Assembly (NCBI GenBank): GCA_965367815.1
Contig: CBDUKN010000022.1
Location: forward strand, 1-40,232
Direction of reading: 5' to 3'
DNA from: an uncultured Thermoprotei archaeon
Lineage (GTDB): Archaea; Thermoproteota; Thermoprotei; Thermofilales; B15-G2
Length of the DNA stretch: 40,232 nucleotides
Positions 34,117-40,232 of the stretch are shown piece by piece. The notes beneath the pieces were generated by a model that was not told the DNA's origin, searched no databases, and saw only the letters and a program-made list of their open reading frames with translations. How positions within the stretch are numbered: position 1 is the first letter of the stretch; every line of letters begins with the position of its first letter. Made by a program: the position numbers and the translations under genes.

Positions 34117-35337
34117 TCACCTTATTAGAGATGGTAAAAGATATGTTAGTGTAATATATTTGCAAATTAAAGCTATTATTAGGAGTAATGGGAAGTAAAG
34201 GGCAAAATACAGCGGATTTCCTTCTCTAAGCATTGCACACATTAGGCTGAATGCGAGGACATTTACTGTGATTGCGAAGTCTAAAGTTACTTTAATTTCG
34301 TTCAGTTGAGTCGGTGTAGGGAGTCGAATGAAAGAGTATCCTATCACTAATGTTCCTCTAGGTATTCTCTGCGAGAATTCTCCTATTGAGAATACTGTCA
34401 AGTATAGTGTTGAAACCGATATAGCTATCATTATGGCTGAATATAATAATATAGCATTAAACTTACTTCTTATTCTCTTAACAGTTGTTACGTAAATTCT
34501 AGTATATTCTGTTAGTTTATCATATGCTTCAGTACAGGGCGCATACGCTGAAATTAAGTAAAGCGTAGCTACAACAGCTTTCATTACTCCGTAATCAAAT
34601 TTCTCGAAAAGTTTCTGCGGAGTCTCTTTTATTACTTTAAACACATTTTTTGAAGATACTTGGGAAGCAGTTTTGACTATATTAAGTAGTTGAGCCCTCA
34701 ATTTAGTTTCTTTTAAGACATTTATTCCCGAAAAAATTGATGCTGGAACTGATGCTACAATCAAAGAAATTACGATGTCCTTGAGTACTAGATACAGAGG
34801 AATGGCTGCTAAAAGCGATAAAAGTACTTCAGGCTTTCTGAACTTGTAGGAGTATATTGATATTACTACAGGTAAGTTTAGTGCAAGTATAACTAGAAGT
34901 GAAACTATTGATAAGAGAATTAGAATTAAAGGAGCTATTTCGGGTGAAGTGACAAGCATTAGAGTTGTAAGAAGGGTAGGCACTACTATTGCTAAAGAGT
35001 TCATGAGCGACGCGTTTGACAGAGTTTTCATTTCGGCTATTTCAGCTGAAGTCTTAAATTCTGCCAGTTTTTCTTCGATAAAACTTTTAAGTCCTCTTCT
35101 AGAGCCTGTGGTCTGAGATCTCAGTGCTTCTTCGTAGAGCTCGATGAAGTCTTTTGAAAATCCTTTTTTCTTAAGTTCTTTGCTACTACTGGGGCGTATA
35201 GGCAAGTAGCTGTAGAAGCCTAGTTTCTTTAAGTGAAAAAATGTTGAAAGTGGAGGGAGAGGCGATACTGAAAGAATTATACTGAGAGGTAGTGTATCAC
35301 GTTTGCTTTTAAAATGTAAAGAAATATTATTAAACAT
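34117..35337 (-). CDS. TadC/ArlJ-like membrane platform protein
   Basis: Multi-TM with two cytoplasmic stretches; operonic with secretion ATPase and pilin. Confidence 0.65.
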   Translation of the reverse strand: MFNNISLHFKSKRDTLPLSIILSVSPLPPLSTFFHLKKLGFYSYLPIRPSSSKELKKKGFSKDFIELYEEALRSQTTGSRRGLKSFIEEKLAEFKTSAEIAEMKTLSNASLMNSLAIVVPTLLTTLMLVTSPEIAPLILILLSIVSLLVILALNLPVVISIYSYKFRKPEVLLSLLAAIPLYLVLKDIVISLIVASVPASIFSGINVLKETKLRAQLLNIVKTASQVSSKNVFKVIKETPQKLFEKFDYGVMKAVVATLYLISAYAPCTEAYDKLTEYTRIYVTTVKRIRSKFNAILLYSAIMIAISVSTLYLTVFSIGEFSQRIPRGTLVIGYSFIRLPTPTQLNEIKVTLDFAITVNVLAFSLMCAMLREGNPLYFALYFPLLLIIALICKYITLTYLLPSLIR

Positions 35338-35358
35338 ATTTAATTCCCTAGTAGACTG

Positions 35359-35802
35359 TTATCCTCTTGTAACTGTTGCAGTAAACTCTAGAGTTCCTCC
35401 GCTATACTCTATGACTATTTTTACTGAGCCTACGTTAGAGGGTATAGTGACTGTCGTTAAATCTAGCTCGAATTTAGTTGTCTGTCCAGCTGGGATATTT
35501 AGGTTAGTTTCTATGGGCCCCTGTGTAGTCGACTCGACAATTATCCATATTTTAACGTTTTCATCGAGATCAGCTCTTCCAATATTTTCGAGTACTGCTA
35601 CTAGCTTAGGTGGAGTAGAGGAAGCTAAGATAACAGGAACTGGTCTTACATTCAGAATGGGCCTTGATGTCGCTGAAGTTACTAGAGAGATGAGCCACCA
35701 TGCTATAAGCATTCCTACAATTAGTGCGGCTACTATTATGAATAAGTAAGATATTGTTACGTCTCCCTTTTTATTTAATATTTTCCTTATTCTTGTCTTC
35801 AC
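35359..35802 (-). CDS. Archaeal type IV pilin
   Basis: Class III signal peptide MKTRIRKILNKKG|DVTISYLFIIVAALIVG followed by beta-rich domain (ENIG). Confidence 0.8.
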   Translation of the reverse strand: MKTRIRKILNKKGDVTISYLFIIVAALIVGMLIAWWLISLVTSATSRPILNVRPVPVILASSTPPKLVAVLENIGRADLDENVKIWIIVESTTQGPIETNLNIPAGQTTKFELDLTTVTIPSNVGSVKIVIEYSGGTLEFTATVTRG

Positions 35803-35856
35803 GAGAGTTTTGAAGAAGGTAGGGGTATATAAATTATTCTACTCTGTTGCAAAAGA

Positions 35857-37134
35857 CTATATATTTTTCAATATATATGAGTAAACTTCTTCCGCATCTC
35901 CATCTACTATTATTGAGTCTATAAACTTGAGGAATTTTTTATCTAGTATGTTTGGAGGATAAATTTTATTGAATTTATTGCCATCGCTTATATAAATTTC
36001 CGATACTGTGTAGTTGAATCCTTTAGGGGATACTTTTCGTTCAGTTTTTATGAATACATCAAATAGTCTAGGTATTTCGCTGGGCTCTATTTTCTCGATA
36101 CTGCTTCTAATGAGTATTGCTAGAGACTCTACAGCTTTCTTAACTGAAGGGCTGTGATATGTTGTTATTGACGGAATTCCGGCCCTGCATACTTCAATCC
36201 AGCTTAAGATTTCTTCTCCTCGAAGCTCGCCTAGAACTAGAATATCGGGTCGCATCAGATAGAAGGCATCTCTTATCAACTGAGTTAAGTTTTCTCCTCT
36301 GCTTCTAGATATTAGAGGACTTGAAGGCAGCTGTAGCTCGGCTCTTGCTTCTACGATGCATATTCGTAGATAGGGAAAGAGTCTGTGCAGAGTAAAGAGC
36401 ATGCTATTAAGTAAAGTTGTTTTTCCTGAACCTGATGGACCTGTTATAGTTATTCCTGTCTTGCTTAACATTAGTAGAATTAATCTCGCTGCTAGTTCTC
36501 TATCAACTATTTCTGTGAGTTGAGGAATTCTCTGTAGCCTTACTGCTACCAATTCAGGTTCAATGGAGACTTCAGGTAGCGATAGAAGTATTCTCCAGCC
36601 GTCGTAGTCAGCTTCAGCATGGGGCTTTGATATACTTAATTGGGCGCCACTGTATATTGCTAGAGACATTATTATTTTTTCGGGTATTAAGTTGTTCTCG
36701 GGGAATATTACTTTGAATCTACCTTCAGGCGTTGTTATTCCGATATTCTTTCCTCTAATGAATACTTCTTTTACTTTTGGATGTCTTACAAGAGGATATA
36801 TTTGTAACCATGGTTCGGTCATAACTTTTGGCCACACATATACTTCTCTAAGATTATATTTCCAGCCGAAAGTACCTTCTTTTAGTTTTTCTACTAAGTC
36901 AAAGTTGTCGTAGCGGAGGTCTGGATGTTCTTTAGCTTTATTTTCTTTAAGCTTAGCTATGTATTCGCTTAGATTACTAATGCCTAAGCTAGGTTTTATG
37001 GGCTTTTTGGGAAGCGATATTCTAGGAGCTTTTAGCTTTATTTTCGGACCTGCTGTCTTCTGCTTTTTCTTGACCTGTTTTTTACTATTTACTTTACTTA
37101 TTTTCTTTTGGAGAATTTTTACTGCCTCCGACAT
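35857..37134 (-). CDS. Type II/IV secretion (TadA/CpaF/VirB11-like) ATPase
   Basis: Walker A GPSGSGKTT, VEARAEL Asp box, RPDILVLGELRGEE, TTYH. Confidence 0.92.
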   Translation of the reverse strand: MSEAVKILQKKISKVNSKKQVKKKQKTAGPKIKLKAPRISLPKKPIKPSLGISNLSEYIAKLKENKAKEHPDLRYDNFDLVEKLKEGTFGWKYNLREVYVWPKVMTEPWLQIYPLVRHPKVKEVFIRGKNIGITTPEGRFKVIFPENNLIPEKIIMSLAIYSGAQLSISKPHAEADYDGWRILLSLPEVSIEPELVAVRLQRIPQLTEIVDRELAARLILLMLSKTGITITGPSGSGKTTLLNSMLFTLHRLFPYLRICIVEARAELQLPSSPLISRSRGENLTQLIRDAFYLMRPDILVLGELRGEEILSWIEVCRAGIPSITTYHSPSVKKAVESLAILIRSSIEKIEPSEIPRLFDVFIKTERKVSPKGFNYTVSEIYISDGNKFNKIYPPNILDKKFLKFIDSIIVDGDAEEVYSYILKNI

Positions 37135-37139
37135 ATTTT

Positions 37140-37460
37140 CTACTCAAATAAAGATATAAATAAACTATATTTTTCCTTCTTTGATTTTAGTTCACTTATT
37201 TTTTCTTCGTATTTTGATATTTCTTGTTCTATTTCACTAATTCTTTCTTTTACAACAGATATAATATTATTATCTATATTGAATCCTAGGTCCTTTAAGA
37301 CTTCGAGAACTACTTCGCCCTTTGGCTGTAAATCAACTTGAAAGCTTTCACTTGGCGTTTTCTGATCTAAAGACTCTAAAATTAGGCTTTCTTCAAAATC
37401 CTCTTTTTCAACTACTTCTTCTTCCTCTTTCTTTTTAAGGAAGCTCATATAGGCATTCAT
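37140..37460 (-). CDS. Acidic coiled-coil hypothetical protein leading the pilus operon
   Basis: 106 aa; ends 5 bp before the ATPase start. Confidence 0.65.
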   Translation of the reverse strand: MNAYMSFLKKKEEEEVVEKEDFEESLILESLDQKTPSESFQVDLQPKGEVVLEVLKDLGFNIDNNIISVVKERISEIEQEISKYEEKISELKSKKEKYSLFISLFE

Positions 37461-37581
37461 TGATTGAGTATTTTTATTTTTTTCTGTTTAGTTGCCAAAT
37501 AATATAAAAATTTCCATATACTGCTAGGTATTTTTGTTCCAATAAATCTTATATTAAAATTACCTATGGAACAAGATATTG

Positions 37582-40232
37582 ATGAAAAGGAGGGCTCTAA
37601 TAGTTATATTGTGTACTGTAGTAACTGGGCTCAGCTTAATTAAAGCCCCGCCGGATAAATCTCTTGCAAAAATTGAGAGTCCTTGGGCTATACGCGAGCT
37701 ATACTACATAAATGGTAGCCTCTGGTGGAGACATTTACTGAAAAAGTGTTTGATTATGCACGGCACATTAGAACTATGGTACCCAGTATACGTTAACGTA
37801 AGTGATACGATAACTGTGTACATTACTTACAATTGTAATGAGTATAGCAGAAATGTAGTGTGGATAGGGTACATTGGTCATACTTACAAGAATAGAATCT
37901 TAGACTTAGGAGTACTGAGGTTCGGTGCTATTGTTATTCCAAGTACTCCTGGAGTGCGCAAGACTACCTTTAAAGTAAAAGCAAATGAGACAGGCATATT
38001 TGTGCTCAATGTAATGGTGGGAAGCACTTTAACATCAAGTTTTCACATATTTTCAACAATTATAGGAGAATCTCCTGATCTAGGTTTTAGTTATAGAAAT
38101 TACGCCAATGTTATTTCAGAATTTAAAAAGATTGAAAAACTTTTAAATGATAAAAAAGAACTTTCAATAAAGTTATATGAACTTAATGCTTCTAAAGAAA
38201 TTCTCCTAAGGGAAATAGCTGAACTTGAAAAGAAAATTTGTGCACTTAACTCAACTCTAATTGAACTTAAAGCTAACTTGAGTAAATTAAAGCAAATCTA
38301 TTTAAACAAAAGTAGTGAAATTAATAGATTAGAAACTAAGGTTAATGACATTGCCAAAGAAAATAAAGCTCTACTAAGTGAGATTGCAGAAAGCAGAAAC
38401 TCCGCATTCATTCTCTTTGCATTTACAGCAGTACTAGCAGCAAGCACAGTAGTCTATAGAAAAAGAAAGCTAGGCTATATTCTATCAATAATGCTTTTGC
38501 TAATACCGATGATATATTCTCAGCCTTCAGCACAGACAGTAACTGACGTTATCTACAGTAAAGGACTGAAAATAGAAGTAATTTACCCAGCAGAGCCGGA
38601 ATTTCCGCTTAAAATAATAGTAAAGTATCCTTATCCACTAGATACACTGCTAAAAGGAGCAGTATTTATGTACAGAGTTGATAAAACAGGCTTATATCTC
38701 GTCGGTAAAAGAAGCTGCCTCGAATTTGAGTCTGTTGATAGTAACTTCTTATCTAAAACTGATACTGTATACACAATCTTTGATAAATCCACTATTTTTG
38801 ATTATAAAATACCAGAAAAATATGACTGCTCGTACTTTGTAGATATTTTTCATAACAAAGGAAATCAAGTAATGTATCGGCGTACAGAACGCAAAGTATT
38901 TTACGGCATTTATGCTATAAGTTACTTACTCTATAGCTTAGAAGGAGACTTTTTCCATCGCTTTAAATCAATATTTTCTAGAAGTCTTGTAAATGTTAAG
39001 GAATACGAAAACGAAGTCACTATACTAAGAAATCTAACAATTTCTCTTAATGCTAGTATTCAGGAGCTACTAAATTATAAACTACAGCTTAGCAATTTGG
39101 CTAAAACCCTAGAAGAAGAAATTATTAACACTAAGAGTGAAATAAGCGAATATAAAACATTAATCTGTGAACTTAATGTACGTGAAAACAAGCTTAGTGA
39201 GCAGTTTAATAGTTTAATTGAAGAAAACCTTAGACTTAAAAGCGAGAAAGAGTTCTGGATCACTGTTTATCAAGTATCAATAATTGTATTAGTTTTTTCA
39301 ATAATAGTTTCAGTACTAATAGTTTGTAAAACAAAATACATGGCAGCGTTTCTAGTATTTCTGATAATTTCTTCAGCGTTATTTGCGGCAGTGAATGTAC
39401 GTGCAAAAGAAGCAATTATAGCTGAAGACAGAGATCCTCCATGGCCTTCAAAGTATAAAACATATTCAAAAGCAGTGTCAATAAATGCTGGAGTAAATAC
39501 TAGTATCACTGTAACTATTCGTGTTAGCGTTTCAGCATATGCTTGTTTTCCAGGAAACTATACTAATGTGCCTGAAGGTACTTTAGTTAAGGGATTTGCT
39601 TGGGTTTATTTAAAGAGCTATTTAATTGATTATCGAGGAACACGCACTATTGTTGCACATGGAGTAGAAAATGGCGGCGCGTTTAGCGACAGTAATGAAG
39701 ATAGACCTTTCATTTTAGCTGGCCTTATGTTGTCTTCTAATAGTCGTTCAGGATACTATGAAGGAGTAAAAGTGTACAGAGATCCTGCAGACAATAAGGT
39801 TTATGAAGTTAGGTTTAGGACTTACTGGCCTGAAGGCAAGTACGTTGTTTTAAGCAAAAAGCAAGTAAACTTAATTACAACTAATAAGGAATTTACATTA
39901 GACTACTATGTTTATAGAGAATATAGAGCAAATAATGGTGAAGTATACTATTGCGGAGACGCTAAAATTACGAGAAGTATTCACATAAACGTACCGATAT
40001 TCATTACAATTAAAAGCGACTCTTATTATGAGGGAGAATTTAGAGTAGATGTTTTTGCTTGGCTTAAAGTGTGGTACGAGATTAGTAATTCTATGGAAAA
40101 GCTTCGTTTTTATGCGATATTGGCTAATACTGGTGCGGGTCTTTCTATTCCTGTAGTTTATCGTTGGCTTACTGTTCCTGAGTGGTTTAGTGGTGTAACG
40201 CCTTTCACTACTGTAAAAGAAGCTGGCTATGT
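37582..40232 (+). CDS. Large secreted/membrane-anchored modular protein, 3'-truncated by the window end (at least 883 aa); absent from ORF track
   Basis: Frame 1 is open from ATG 37582 to the end (manual translation); N-terminal signal MKRRALIVILCTVVTGLSLIKA; two repeats of beta domain-coiled coil-TM-basic-hydrophobic segment; at least 11 N-x-S/T sequons. Confidence 0.88.
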   Translation, partial: MKRRALIVILCTVVTGLSLIKAPPDKSLAKIESPWAIRELYYINGSLWWRHLLKKCLIMHGTLELWYPVYVNVSDTITVYITYNCNEYSRNVVWIGYIGHTYKNRILDLGVLRFGAIVIPSTPGVRKTTFKVKANETGIFVLNVMVGSTLTSSFHIFSTIIGESPDLGFSYRNYANVISEFKKIEKLLNDKKELSIKLYELNASKEILLREIAELEKKICALNSTLIELKANLSKLKQIYLNKSSEINRLETKVNDIAKENKALLSEIAESRNSAFILFAFTAVLAASTVVYRKRKLGYILSIMLLLIPMIYSQPSAQTVTDVIYSKGLKIEVIYPAEPEFPLKIIVKYPYPLDTLLKGAVFMYRVDKTGLYLVGKRSCLEFESVDSNFLSKTDTVYTIFDKSTIFDYKIPEKYDCSYFVDIFHNKGNQVMYRRTERKVFYGIYAISYLLYSLEGDFFHRFKSIFSRSLVNVKEYENEVTILRNLTISLNASIQELLNYKLQLSNLAKTLEEEIINTKSEISEYKTLICELNVRENKLSEQFNSLIEENLRLKSEKEFWITVYQVSIIVLVFSIIVSVLIVCKTKYMAAFLVFLIISSALFAAVNVRAKEAIIAEDRDPPWPSKYKTYSKAVSINAGVNTSITVTIRVSVSAYACFPGNYTNVPEGTLVKGFAWVYLKSYLIDYRGTRTIVAHGVENGGAFSDSNEDRPFILAGLMLSSNSRSGYYEGVKVYRDPADNKVYEVRFRTYWPEGKYVVLSKKQVNLITTNKEFTLDYYVYREYRANNGEVYYCGDAKITRSIHINVPIFITIKSDSYYEGEFRVDVFAWLKVWYEISNSMEKLRFYAILANTGAGLSIPVVYRWLTVPEWFSGVTPFTTVKEAGY

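Noticed and set aside
39075-39509. Minus-strand ORFs 39075-39263 and 39270-39509
   Set aside because: Shadows of the long + strand ORF starting at 37582.
33709-40232. Integrated conjugative element or provirus at tRNA-Tyr
   Set aside because: No integrase, VirB4, relaxase, capsid gene or att duplicate visible in the window; the ATPase context fits a pilus.

Overview
Chromosomal fragment of a (hyper)thermophilic archaeon, probably Thermoproteota/Thermofilum-like. This is inferred from the archaeal TATA/leaderless promoters, BHB-intron tRNAs, C1-G72 tRNA-Tyr and class III prepilin. It starts with 69 bp of untrimmed Illumina Nextera adapter. 0.8-7.7 kb is a decaying toxin-antitoxin island (VapBC, HEPN-MNT, PIN/UPF0175-like, archaeal AAA ATPase, pseudogene fragments). 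8-31 kb is a surface-glycan/sugar-activation region with tRNA-Gly(TCC, intron) and tmk. It encodes a metallophosphoesterase, a HIGH nucleotidyltransferase, two RHH proteins, an AlkP-superfamily enzyme, two GT-C-like membrane proteins, an ATP-grasp enzyme, a deacetylase, NDP-sugar pyrophosphorylases, a GHMP kinase, a sulfatase-like enzyme and a fucose-isomerase-like enzyme. Then come an M20 hydrolase, a wHTH, a bactofilin-like beta-solenoid, tRNA-Pro(CGG), tRNA-Tyr(GTA, 61-nt intron), a type IV pilus-like locus, and a large ORF missing from the ORF track (37582 to window end). Three candidates for undescribed biology stand out. (1) Two RHH regulators carry the 'RLRALGY' tail that the adjacent AlkP enzyme lacks, and a 22-bp palindromic operator occurs twice in this locus. 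(2) The 37582 ORF looks like a signal-peptidase-processed polyprotein of tandem membrane-anchored stalk modules. (3) Two paralogous degenerate HEPN-membrane proteins converge on tRNA-Gly. All family assignments are from motif recognition by eye; no searches were run.
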